A stretch of 64,000 nucleotides of DNA from Andalucia godoyi And28 (taxonomy: Eukaryota > Protista > Jakobida), in contig VRVR01000057.1 of the NCBI GenBank assembly GCA_009859145.1, forward strand, positions 116,259 to 180,258, written 5' to 3'. The notes below the pieces were generated by a model. That model was given only the letters and a program-made list of their open reading frames with translations. It searched no databases and had not been told where the DNA came from. Position numbers and translations under genes: made by a program. This document shows, piece after piece, positions 11,116 through 21,490 of the stretch. Numbering within the stretch: the stretch's first letter is position 1; the number at the start of each line of letters is the position of its first letter.

Positions 11116-11539
11116 CGAACCGTAGCCACAATCGTAACTGCTCCCCTCCCCGTCCCTCCTTTTTCCTTTCTTCTCTCGCCATCTCTCCGTTGAGCAGAGA
11201 GTCGAGATATGCACTTACCACAACACATCCAGTTCGCAGGGGGATTCGTGCACGGACTCGGGGGAGCCAGGGGACGGACTCAAGAAACGACCGTAGAAGC
11301 AACACGTCGTCGATTCTTTTTCTCGCCCCTTCAATGCCCGCAGCTGTAGTCCATTTCGCCGACCGTCGATCAGCGCCTTGAATCTCTCTCTCTCTTTCTC
11401 TTATAGCTGGTCTTTGGGAGCTTACAAAGTTTCTCTCTATCGCGGAGGGCAAAACGAGGCATACAGGGTAAACTGCCAGAAATTCTCGCAGAAGAAAGGT
11501 AGCGCAAGAGCAAGTGAGAGAGTGACACGCAGTGCGAGG

Positions 11540-13609
11540 ATGGGAATTTTGTCAAAGCTAAGTGTGCCGAGTTTGGTTCCGGTTTCGGCTTCGAAGGCGC
11601 TGCAGTATGCTCGGGCGAACCCAAAGACAGCGCTGCTGGGACTTGCGGCGTTGGCTGGGACGGCTGCGGTGAGCTGTGCGTTGAAGTCGGCACTTGGGCC
11701 GTCGTCGAAGCGGCAGACCGCGCGGTCGAAGCCGGCTGTAAGTACGGCAGGTGCAGAAAAGAAGAAGGTGGCTGTCGACCTTCAGTTCTTGTCGCGGTTG
11801 CTGCGAATTCTAAAGATTGCGATCCCTTCGTTTGCGTCGCGCGAATCCGCAACGCTGCTGGCGCTTACCGTGCTTTTGTTTTTGCGGACAATGCTGAGTA
11901 TCCGGGTTGCAGATGTGATTGGAATGAATGCAAAGCACCTTGTGGAGCGTCGAAAGGGCGACTTCATCAAGGGTGTGCTGCGCGTTGGATTCTGGGCGGT
12001 TCCTGCGTCTGTTGTGAACGCAGGACTGCACATGGCGGAAGACCTGCTTGCGCTCTTGTTTAGAAAGAGACTGACGAACCATGTGCATCGGGTGTACTTG
12101 GACTCTGCTCGCGGTCATTCGTTCTATCATGCCGCAGGCACGGTTTCGCACGCAGATGCGCGCATTGCACAGGACATCCAGCATTTCGCAACATCGCTTG
12201 CGAATCTATACGCGAATGTGTTCAAACCGGTGCTCGACGTTGTTCTCTTCACCCACAAGCTCAGCTCGGTAGTGGGGCTTACCGGTCCAATGGCAATGGT
12301 TGCGTACTACGTCGCTTCGGGCGCGTTGCTGCGAATGGTGATGCCGAACTTTGCGAAGCTGACTGCGCAGAGACAGGCGCTGGAATCCGAATTTCGATCT
12401 GCACACTCCCATCTCATTCAGTATTCGGAAGAAGTCGCGTTTTACGGAGGCGCGTCGCGCGAACGTGCCATTCTGGACGGCCTGTTTTCACGACTGGTTG
12501 TGTTTTCTCAAAAGGTATATTCGTTGCAGTTTGGAATGGAGGTCATCAACTCGTTTCTGGTCAAGTATGGAGCGACCATGGTTGGATACGGTGTGTGTGC
12601 ACTCCCCGTGTTCTTCATTCCGTCGCTAACAAAGAAGTCCAGCCACAAGACTGCGACGGATCTTACCCAGGACTACGTGCGCAATTCACAACTTCTGATC
12701 AATCTTGCGCGCGCTATCGGTGCACTGGTCCTGCTCTACAAGAAAATCACTGCTCTTGCGGGGTACACATCCCGAGTTGCCGAGTTGCAAGAGCAGCTTG
12801 ATATTTCGCAGCTGGAGGCGGCGGCACTCAGTACGAAGCACCCAGCGTCTGGGAAGACGGACACAACGAGTTCCACGTCCACGTTTGGCCAGGTCGTCGA
12901 GGAGGTGGATGGCGAATCCATTGAATTTGCAGGTGTCGATATCTGCGCTCCGGACGGCAATCTTCTGTGCAAAAACATGTCTTTCCGAGTGACCAGAGGC
13001 ACAAATGTTGTAGTGGTCGGACCAAACGGCTGCGGAAAGTCATCGATGTTCCGTGTGCTGGGAGGCTTGTGGCCTGTTCGGCCTGCCACTGGAGTCTTGC
13101 GAAAGCCCTCTGCGTCGACAAATTCCGTCTTTTACGTTCCGCAGAAGCCGTATTTTGCAATGGGCACGCTGCGAGACCAAATCATCTATCCTCTGTCGGT
13201 GAATGACCTCAAGAACAAGGACGGAGCGAATGATGAGGACTTGCTCAAGCTCTTGGATGATGTGCAGCTCGGTTACGTCGTGCAGCGCGAAGGAGGCCTG
13301 GATGCATGCAAGGACTGGTATGCGGTACTTTCCGGTGGCGAAAAGCAGCGCATGGCAATGGCCAGATTGTATTTCCACAAGCCCAAGTTTGCGATCCTTG
13401 ACGAATGCACTTCTGCAGTGTCCGACGACATGCGCCATGCTCTGTACCGGTTGTGCCGTGACAAGGGCATCACGGTGTTTTCCGTTGCCCACCAGCGTGA
13501 ATTGTACGTTCATCACCAACGCTTGCTGCGATTCGACGGAAAGGGCAATTATGAGTGGATTGTTCTCGATGAACCGACTCTCAAACGACTCTTGGAGACT
13601 CCAAACTAG
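11540..13609 (+). CDS. ABCD: Peroxisomal ABCD-family half transporter (fatty acyl-CoA import)
   Basis: EEVAFYGG (EAA motif), Walker A GPNGCGKSS, YVPQKPY, signature LSGGEKQR, Walker B AILDECTS. Start moved to ATG 11540. Confidence 0.93.
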   Translation: MGILSKLSVPSLVPVSASKALQYARANPKTALLGLAALAGTAAVSCALKSALGPSSKRQTARSKPAVSTAGAEKKKVAVDLQFLSRLLRILKIAIPSFASRESATLLALTVLLFLRTMLSIRVADVIGMNAKHLVERRKGDFIKGVLRVGFWAVPASVVNAGLHMAEDLLALLFRKRLTNHVHRVYLDSARGHSFYHAAGTVSHADARIAQDIQHFATSLANLYANVFKPVLDVVLFTHKLSSVVGLTGPMAMVAYYVASGALLRMVMPNFAKLTAQRQALESEFRSAHSHLIQYSEEVAFYGGASRERAILDGLFSRLVVFSQKVYSLQFGMEVINSFLVKYGATMVGYGVCALPVFFIPSLTKKSSHKTATDLTQDYVRNSQLLINLARAIGALVLLYKKITALAGYTSRVAELQEQLDISQLEAAALSTKHPASGKTDTTSSTSTFGQVVEEVDGESIEFAGVDICAPDGNLLCKNMSFRVTRGTNVVVVGPNGCGKSSMFRVLGGLWPVRPATGVLRKPSASTNSVFYVPQKPYFAMGTLRDQIIYPLSVNDLKNKDGANDEDLLKLLDDVQLGYVVQREGGLDACKDWYAVLSGGEKQRMAMARLYFHKPKFAILDECTSAVSDDMRHALYRLCRDKGITVFSVAHQRELYVHHQRLLRFDGKGNYEWIVLDEPTLKRLLETPN

Positions 13610-13755
13610 CCCCAATGAAAGCGTAGGTGAAGAGATTGCATGAAGAAAAACGTGTTTGTCTGTTTAGTTTTTTTTTTTCCCTTCCCACTATATGTGTATG
13701 CTGATAAATAGCCCCAACGGTTACACCTTTGTATTCCGCGTTTCTGGCAATAAGG

Positions 13756-14409
13756 TTACTTGCCACTCTTCTTTCTTTCGATGTAGGAGCGGTAAGCTGT
13801 GACGAGTTCGTCGCGTTCCAGGCGCTCCTTTTTGCACGCTTCAAGCTCCTCCATCCTTGCCATCCATTCCTTGATGCGCGGATACTTGTCCGCCCAGTTC
13901 TCGTCGAGCTTTGCAAACTCTGACTGCAGGCAGATTCGTTCGAAAAACGGAACGAAGCAAAAGTCAGCAAGCGAGATCCTGTTTCCCAAGAAAAACGGTC
14001 CATCGATCAGCGTCTCGACCTGCGCGAGTGCCTCTTCAAAGTCCTTTTGCGTCTCCTCGGACGATTTAAACAGGTTTGCATAGAACGCATCCACAAAGTC
14101 GTTGTTGCAGATGTTGATCAGCAGACGGATTCTTCCGCGCGACTTGGCGTCTGCAGGCATCAAGTCCTTTTCAGGGTTCGGAAACGCCTCGTCCAGGTAT
14201 TCGGCGCAGATCGAGCTTTCGTACAGTGTAAATCCATCGTGCTGCAGCGCCGGGACGGTTCCACGCGGATTCACATCCACTGAAAAATACGCAGGCTTGT
14301 TCTGCAGGTCAATCTCCACACACTCATGCTCAATATCTTTGTGCGACAGCACAAGTCGTGCTCGCTCTGCAAAAGGACAGATCCGCGCAGTATACAACTT
14401 CAAAGTCAT
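13756..14409 (-). CDS. Glutathione S-transferase, omega-like
   Basis: ICPFAERARL active-site motif, VNPRGTVPAL, YESSICAEYLDEAFP, FLGNRISLADFCFVPFFER. Confidence 0.9.
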   Translation of the reverse strand: MTLKLYTARICPFAERARLVLSHKDIEHECVEIDLQNKPAYFSVDVNPRGTVPALQHDGFTLYESSICAEYLDEAFPNPEKDLMPADAKSRGRIRLLINICNNDFVDAFYANLFKSSEETQKDFEEALAQVETLIDGPFFLGNRISLADFCFVPFFERICLQSEFAKLDENWADKYPRIKEWMARMEELEACKKERLERDELVTAYRSYIERKKSGK

Positions 14410-14508
14410 CTTTCTCTTTCTCTCTTCCTTCCTCTTCAGATCGAGATCGAGTCCATAAACACAAAAGGAGAAAAACAAATAAATAAATGATAACAAAAGG
14501 AAAAAATG

Positions 14509-14509
14509 A

Positions 14510-14573
<64 letters not shown>
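14509..14573. repeat. (GAAAAC)n hexamer microsatellite in the GST 5' region
   Basis: About 10 tandem GAAAAC units. Confidence 0.9.
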
Positions 14574-15667
14574 GCAGAGGAATGCACACATGAACGACTG
14601 CGAGGCCGAGCGGAGTCTCGGAGTCAAGGCGGCATCAGCTTACTGCGGCAATATGCAGCGTACAGTTGGCGTCCATTTGCCGACGGAGGAGTGGGAAAGG
14701 GTGGGGCAGGTCCCCCCGAGCACGTCGCCACAACCACCACAGGCAGCGTTTGGACGACGGCGGTCAAACGCTGCAAGTCAAACCCACCTCCGAGCCGTCA
14801 GACGAACCCCACTAGGCATCAGCAGTAAGTTTCTGTCCAGTGCCAGAATTCTTTGACCACGCTCCCTTGGGCACGAGTGCTCGGGGGGGGGGAGGGGGAA
14901 GTGGGAGGAAGGCCAGAACTGGAGCCACTGCCGGGGAATTCGCTATCGGGAAGATGGGAAAGGACATCTGCTGGTATGCAAGTGCAGTAGTGCAGCTTCT
15001 TCAGCGGCTCTGCCTGGATGTTCAAGTGTACTTCGCGTAGGTCCGGGCAGTTGCTGGAATTGAAGAACGCTGGAGGATCCTGCTTGTGGAAACAGAGGAG
15101 AGGAAGGCCACGTCCACCTCCCCAACGGGCTGCAACGGAGAAGTCGCTCCGGATGATTAGGAGTCTCGTCGCAAATCCCCTTTCCATTCTGCTCGTGCTG
15201 CCTCTGGAGTGCACACTGCTTGGTTCGCCACAGAACATTCTGCGACTTTGCCTTTGACGTCCCTTCAAAGCAGAAGGGCAAATCGTCAACCACGGTGGTC
15301 CCTCGACCTCGCGAAGCTGGGATGCACAGACGGCCACATCAACCCTTTGTATCCCCGTGTGTACTCGGACGCGGCCCTATTTCCTCCTCTTCCTATCCCG
15401 TTCTCTTCGCTCGTCTCCCGACACCGGGGGTCCCAGTTTCCTGTTTTCTCCCGAGCCCGCGATTCGTTATCGGCCGTCAGCAAGAGTTCTTGACCTCCAA
15501 CACACGCTCTTCGTCTTGGCCGTCGTCGACCTTTTTTGTGTGCTTGTCTTTGTTTCTCTTTTATTTTATTTTATTTAAACATTTAAAGTTTTACTTTTTT
15601 CTCTGTCTTGCCGACGGACAGAAAGTAAGAAAAGAAGAAAGCAGAGAGGAGCATTCTGCAAAGAGGG

Positions 15668-15715
<48 letters not shown>
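15668..15715. repeat. (CA)n microsatellite
   Basis: Directly visible. Confidence 0.9.
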
Positions 15716-15717
<2 letters not shown>

Positions 15718-15810
15718 GACACCGAGAGACAGAGGAAACACCGGTGTACTGGGTATTGTTTGTTCATCTTCCTATTCTCATCTCTTTCCCTCTCTTCTGT
15801 TGCGAGCATC

Positions 15811-17364
15811 ATGCAGGACATTACTCCGGATCAGGTCCAGCCGACGTCCTGTGTAGCCTGTCGAAGTCTCCACAAGAAGTGCGACCGCTCGGGTCCTCCG
15901 TGTCGTCGTTGTCTGCACGGAAGCCGAGAATGCGTGTACACAGGGAAAACTCCTGGAAGGCCACCAAAAGCAACGAGGAACTCGGAGGATGGAGATCGAC
16001 GAGACAGTGAAGAATTCTACGACGACGATGGCAGCATGCAACTTCATAATCATCATCATCATCATCAGCAGCAGCAGCAGCAACAACAACAACAACAGCA
16101 ACAGCACCAACAGCACCAACAGCACCAACAGCACCAACAGCACCAACAGCACCAACAGCACCAACAGCACCAACAGCAACAGCAACACAGTAGACACACC
16201 GGGGCTAAGAAGTCGCGGATTGCAAGTGCGCCTGCAGCCTATCGAGAACGCAGCAATGGCAGTATCCGGGACTCCCACTCCAAAATGAATCCATCCAGTT
16301 CGTCTTCGACCCCATCTTCCGGCTCGGGTGCAGCGAGTTCTCGACACGGGCAAAATGCGCAGGCGTTTTACAGGAGTATCTTCAACAATCCACCGAGTAC
16401 AGATTATAGCGTTCGCCCTCCCGCGACGAGTTGCACGCCGCCGCTGCACGCAGGAATGGACGGCGTGTCATCGGCTCCATCTTCAAACTCGTCCTTCTCA
16501 TCGATGAACCACATGTTTCTTCCAATGGCACCGTACGGCCAGCTTGTAGAGAATCATCTTGCGCAGGTTCAGTTGTTGCAACGTGCCATCCAGAATGCCG
16601 TGCTTTCGCGTGCAGTGGACAGCAGTTGTCGACATATGAACTATGGCTTGGATCCTATAGACGGTCAGCACACTAACGGCAGCAACACCAATAACAGCAA
16701 CACTTGTGGAATTAGCACTCCACAGGTCCCATTCTTATCTGTTTCGCCGCAGTTGCAATTCCCTTCCTCGGATCATTCGCGAATGCCGTTACAATTTTCC
16801 TTTCCCTCTGCGGGGTTGGTGGATCTGGTGTCTTCTTCAGGCACGCCGTCCTACGATACCTCCTTTCACAGTGCAAAAATGAGGCCGACGTCGACACCAC
16901 GGAATGCAAATGCAACTGCGAATGCGAGCGCAAATGCAAATGTGAATGTGAACGCGATTGCGGAGCAGCTGCTAGCGTTCGGCTCTTCGGATCAAATGGT
17001 CAACCCATTTTGCAGCTGCCATTCCTTCTCTATCGAAACATCCGATGTTCAAAACAGCGATGCAACCACACAACATTTCGGCCAGAACAATTTGAGGGCA
17101 TCAGAGCAAGAGCCGGAGCCTCGACATCCTTCTGTGGTCGGATTGCAGTACCAAAATAGCGGCGGTGGCAGTGGCGGTGACGGGTTTCCGCTGGCTGCCG
17201 TTTCGCCATTGATTCTGCCATCGAATCTCGGTGGCAGTTCATCTGTCAGCTTGCCGTTAAGCTCTTCGTCTCTTTCATCGCAGATGTTGCCCTTTATCAC
17301 CTCTGCGCATCTCAACAACACCCCAGATTCCTCCTCCAGACTCCGAATGTATGGCCGTGGATAG
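15811..17364 (+). CDS. Zn(II)2Cys6 (GAL4-type) transcription factor with polyQ/(QQH)n and low-complexity C-terminus
   Basis: CVACRSLHKKCDRSGPPCRRCLHGSRECVY fits CX2CX6CX5-6CX2CX6C. Start at ATG 15811. Confidence 0.88.
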   Translation: MQDITPDQVQPTSCVACRSLHKKCDRSGPPCRRCLHGSRECVYTGKTPGRPPKATRNSEDGDRRDSEEFYDDDGSMQLHNHHHHHQQQQQQQQQQQQQHQQHQQHQQHQQHQQHQQHQQHQQQQQHSRHTGAKKSRIASAPAAYRERSNGSIRDSHSKMNPSSSSSTPSSGSGAASSRHGQNAQAFYRSIFNNPPSTDYSVRPPATSCTPPLHAGMDGVSSAPSSNSSFSSMNHMFLPMAPYGQLVENHLAQVQLLQRAIQNAVLSRAVDSSCRHMNYGLDPIDGQHTNGSNTNNSNTCGISTPQVPFLSVSPQLQFPSSDHSRMPLQFSFPSAGLVDLVSSSGTPSYDTSFHSAKMRPTSTPRNANATANASANANVNVNAIAEQLLAFGSSDQMVNPFCSCHSFSIETSDVQNSDATTQHFGQNNLRASEQEPEPRHPSVVGLQYQNSGGGSGGDGFPLAAVSPLILPSNLGGSSSVSLPLSSSSLSSQMLPFITSAHLNNTPDSSSRLRMYGRG

Positions 17365-18005
17365 CTCTTCAGTACGGAGAAGCGGAGGCCGCTCATCCTT
17401 GCACAACTGCCTTTTGATCCCGTTGCTTTTGCCACTCCCCAACCCGGAAAAAAAATACACAACTGCAAACACAAACAAGCAAACAAAGACCACACAAAAA
17501 GAAAAAGAGAAAAAACAACATCATCAGGTTGTGGACTTTCGAATGTTTCCTCAGAACAGCAACGTCCTCTGCTCTTCTCCAACCATGCTTGTCCAAATGT
17601 ACAAAAGTGTCGTTGACAACGTTTGAACTGTTCTTATCGTGTTTTTATTTCGTTTTCATCTTCTTGACACAATGCCATAAATCCAGTGTATGGCGGTTTC
17701 CCCCCTGGACGATTGCAATCGTACCAAATTGGAACACATGCAGTCTGTCGCAGTCGGACCAACACTGAAGCCACGGAGTTGACAGTAGTCAGCTGCCGTG
17801 CTGTGCGATCCAGTTTTGCTTGCACCGGTGAACGACCCCCCTCGTCCGCAGCCCGATCCTGATTGGCTCGACCCCCCGTGGATATTCTGAATCGTCCTGA
17901 AAGAATTGGCAGGCAACCGAATCAGTCTCCTTCTGTCCTTGTCCTGCACAGTGCACACCTCCTAAAGGCAGTACAGACAACAGACACGCTCTTAAGAAAA
18001 GGAAC

Positions 18006-19643
18006 ATGCATCATGGACATATTCTGATATGGCGAGTGACGCTGATGCTTGTTGTGTTGGTCGTTGCGAATGTTCGATGTGCGCGCGCGTTTCGCGAAGT
18101 GGACTGTTCAATGTCGCAGTTGCGGACGACAGACGGACTGGACAATTATGCGTTCGCCTATCGCAATTTCACGGACAACTCCGTCCGATCTGCGCAGTGG
18201 TCACTCATCTTTGAATCATACATTTCTCTTGCAAAAGTATCGTCTCTTGGTGCCGACCTAGCAGAGTCGCTCGTCACGATCCAGAAGATCCAGCAACGAG
18301 TGTCTCCGCCGTCTGTCAACAACTCACTTATCAAGGCGATATGGAAGGAAGAGTGGACGGACGCTGCGAACCGCGCAACTTTCTTTGCAGACCACTATGC
18401 AACCACAAATTCCTCCAAAGGCATGGCGTATATGCGTGCATGGAACTCCCTGATGACTGCAGAGCGATTTGCCAATCATCTGGATCCTGCGAACCTTGCG
18501 CTGTACCTCCAATCGGTTCAGTACTTCCACAGTGCATTCTCGTTGTTGGACATCCCTTGTTTTCCAGTCGATGTTCCTTATGTTCCTCCACACACACTGC
18601 ACGGCTACTGGTGTGTACCGCGGCTCGAGAACGGATCGCTGCCGACCAGCAGCGTCCGGGGGACGATTCTCGCTGTGAACGGTTACGATGGAAACGCAGA
18701 GTTGCTCGTGCATGAAATTGGACTCCCTGCGCTTGAGCGAGGGTATGCAGTACTGTGCATCGATGGTCCGGGTCAAGGATATGTCGCTCGGATCTCACGG
18801 CTGCTGTTTCGTCCAGACTGGGAATTTGTCATGAATTATGCAATGGATTTTGTTTTGCAGTACTCGTTCGTCGATGCGGCCAGGGTTGTGATCTGGGGCG
18901 AGAGTTTTGGAGGATATCTTGCCCCGCGAGCATTCTCCCACATGCAAGGCGTTAAGGCATGTATTGCAAACGGCGGCGTCTGGGACTTTTTGCAGTCGAT
19001 CCTGTGCGATTTGCCCGATGTGCTGCGTCATTTCTACTACACGGATCGCCAAATGTTTGATTCGATCATGGTCAGGGTTGTGGAAGAGTCGCTCAGCCTT
19101 GACTTTCTCCTTGAGTTTGGAAAGCTCGGATTCAATGCTTCGTCGTGGAGCGAACTGCTCGACAAGTTCGATGCGTACGTCCAGCAGGACATTCAGAACG
19201 TGGGCACGCGGCCCATTCTGGTATACGATCCAGTGTTCGACTCGTCGACGACGAACCAGTCGCAGATCTTCTATGCCAATCTTCCTCGTCCACTGTCTCC
19301 TTCTTCTGCAATCGCAGTGCTTCCGTACTCGTACGGCGGAGCGCTGCATTGCGGCGTCGGGTCTACTGCGGTTGTCTCTCACTTTCTACTTGACTGGCTC
19401 GAGCCATTATTTCCAGTCGTCTACACCCAAGACTCGAGCTGTCGCGTGGTGGTCGTTGCTTCCAGCGCCGATGACGATGACAGCAGAGTGTCTGCTGCGT
19501 ACAAGTCGGCAACCATTGCGCTGGCGATCACATCGGCTCTTTTGCTTGTAGGGTTCCTCGTGACGTCGCTTAAACTGCGTTCTGCAGCTTCCCAGTCCAA
19601 AGACATTCGATTCGGTACGCAGCAGCTGCTCGCAGAACAATAG
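18006..19643 (+). CDS. Signal-peptide, C-terminally membrane-anchored alpha/beta hydrolase (FrsA/2,6-dihydropseudooxynicotine hydrolase-like)
   Basis: N-terminal hydrophobic stretch, NGYDG, IDGPGQG, nucleophile WGESFGGYLAPRA, late His ALHCGVG, C-terminal TM IALAITSALLLVGFLV. Confidence 0.82.
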   Translation: MHHGHILIWRVTLMLVVLVVANVRCARAFREVDCSMSQLRTTDGLDNYAFAYRNFTDNSVRSAQWSLIFESYISLAKVSSLGADLAESLVTIQKIQQRVSPPSVNNSLIKAIWKEEWTDAANRATFFADHYATTNSSKGMAYMRAWNSLMTAERFANHLDPANLALYLQSVQYFHSAFSLLDIPCFPVDVPYVPPHTLHGYWCVPRLENGSLPTSSVRGTILAVNGYDGNAELLVHEIGLPALERGYAVLCIDGPGQGYVARISRLLFRPDWEFVMNYAMDFVLQYSFVDAARVVIWGESFGGYLAPRAFSHMQGVKACIANGGVWDFLQSILCDLPDVLRHFYYTDRQMFDSIMVRVVEESLSLDFLLEFGKLGFNASSWSELLDKFDAYVQQDIQNVGTRPILVYDPVFDSSTTNQSQIFYANLPRPLSPSSAIAVLPYSYGGALHCGVGSTAVVSHFLLDWLEPLFPVVYTQDSSCRVVVVASSADDDDSRVSAAYKSATIALAITSALLLVGFLVTSLKLRSAASQSKDIRFGTQQLLAEQ

Positions 19644-19922
19644 TGAGCATATCGCATGCACTATACTGTTGCATTGAATAAAAACAACGACTCTGTTTCT
19701 TTCTTTCTTCCCCTTCTTTTTTTCATTTTTTCATCTTGATCTTTTCACTCGCCATCATACTTGTTGTCTTGTCGCCTTGAGAACGTGCTGACGGTCCCCG
19801 ACACCACGTCGGTAAACGAGTACTGCGCTTGCCGGTGAAAGACCACCGAACCACTGGTCCTTCCCAAATCTTCCTTCCATCTTCGAAAACAGCACACTGA
19901 TCATCAGCCGCCCCGGACCATT

Positions 19923-20856
19923 TCACAGCGATGAGATGATCGTCCAGCGCAGAGAGCGAAGCCTCCATATCCGTATGCGCTGGTCTGCAGATATACAGCC
20001 CACCAAAAGGCTGCAATCAGACGGAAGAACAGCAGCTACATCGACGACTGCGTTTGCAGCGCTCGACATCCATATCGTCTGCACGCACACTTGCCGTTGA
20101 GCCACACTCGTATGCCGTCATCCAGAGGAGGTCCTGATACCACGAGCAGAGCACCGGTGTCTTGCGATGTCGCCACCGAAAGCACGGGTCCTGTGAATCC
20201 CGACAGTATCTGTACGCAGGTGCCGGTATCCGAGTCCCAAATGCGCACTGCCTTGTCTTCCAAGGCCGAAATCCCAAACCGCCCATCGGCAGACACGGCC
20301 ACCGAATTCACGGACGACGAATGCCCGCGCAGCATTCGCACGTGGGGGGCCGTCCCACCAGTCGCACTGCAAGAGCAGTCTTCAGGAGCGAATGTCTTCC
20401 ATATGCCAACCGACTTGTCAAACGACCCGTCATCACCTGCCGAATGTCCAGCATGAACCGAACTGCGTACAATGTGCCCAGAGGGCCAAAGAGCGTTCGC
20501 ACACATGTTCCGTCTGACAGACTCCAGATGCGTATGGTATCGTCTTCAGAACCAGAGGCAAGAAGCCGTCCGTCCGGCGACACAGCAACTGACACTGCAG
20601 CGGCGCTTGAGCCCGCATCGTCCACTGAGGGAGACAGCACTTTGGAAGCGTCTTTGCACCCCATTGAAAGATCGCTAAACGATATCGCGTTGGAGCTTGG
20701 GGAGTCCGTGCACAGCGATTCCTGCACTAGCACGTTTCCTACAAGCCAGCATTGCGCGTTTGCAGCCCTGCTTCACGACTCTGCCGATTCCGCTAGAATG
20801 CGGGCCAGGAGCGTCGTCGTCGTCGTCGCATCGCCGCTTCTGGTAGCACATTGCAT
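19923..20856 (-). pseudogene. WD40-repeat gene broken by several frameshifts
   Basis: WD repeats lie in three successive frames: VAVSPDGRLLASGSEDDTIRIW; GHSSSVNSVAVSADGRFGISALEDKAVRIWD; CISADQRIRIW. Frame switches near 20430 and 20085; 5' end uncertain. Confidence 0.65.
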
Positions 20857-20974
20857 TTCCGCCTGCCCTTCTTTTTTCCTCCTGCAATATCACTACTTCT
20901 TTATTCAAATCAAAAAAAAAGGTCTACGCATATTGCGCTGGTGACCGAGCGTGTGTGTTCTTTTTGTGTGTTCA

Positions 20975-21117
<143 letters not shown>

Positions 21118-21124
21118 GGAAAGA

Positions 21125-21290
21125 AGACGTAAATCATAAAGCGCCTACATTGTACACTAACCACGGATAATCATCGCTGACCACCCATAATCAATGTTGC
21201 AACCCAACAACATGCATAGCATGATTGGGAAAGGGGTAGGCCCCAACACGCCCCTCGGCATGAGCGACGTTCCCAAGATAGATGCTGCAT
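21125..21290 (-). ncRNA. Predicted omegaRNA scaffold plus guide, subfamily B copy 1
   Basis: Conserved right-end block with a GCGA-capped hairpin at 21163-21188; position matches known TnpB/Fanzor omegaRNAs. Expression not shown; boundaries approximate. Confidence 0.45.
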
Positions 21291-21461
21291 TGCATGGACA
21301 ATAACAATAAAAATAAAGAAATGAAATGAGCGTCGCTGTGCAAGAGTGCAACGCGGCGACGTATGTATAGGGATTTCATGATCAAAATGGAGCGAAACGA
21401 ATCGGGCATCGTGTGACGGAGTTGTCAAGATAGCAAAAAACACATGCGCATGGCGCGTGGC
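21142..21461 (-). mobile_element. Non-autonomous Fanzor2/IS607-like element, subfamily B, copy 1 (omegaRNA-bearing right end)
   Basis: Roughly 90% identical by eye to 43359-43675. Shares the end GTGTACAATGTAGG|CG and GGCGTGTTGGGGCCTACCCC with the TnpB-bearing copies; remnant (S)IYLGNV matches their NIYLKNAV tail. Confidence 0.75.
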
Positions 21462-21490
21462 CGAGCATCGTCGCCGCCTCTCCGACCTCG

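Noticed and set aside
11378-11539. N-terminal extensions in the ORF track (also 15220, 25966, 32293, 34329, 50187, 58278, 61074)
   Set aside because: They begin at non-ATG codons or cross T/A-rich UTR-like sequence; trimmed to the first plausible ATG.
14600-15400. Coding-like gap between GST and Zn2Cys6; one frame faintly like a tyrosine-recombinase N-terminus (ILQRSSIPATARTYAKY)
   Set aside because: Stops in all frames and no catalytic motif; not supportable without a profile search.
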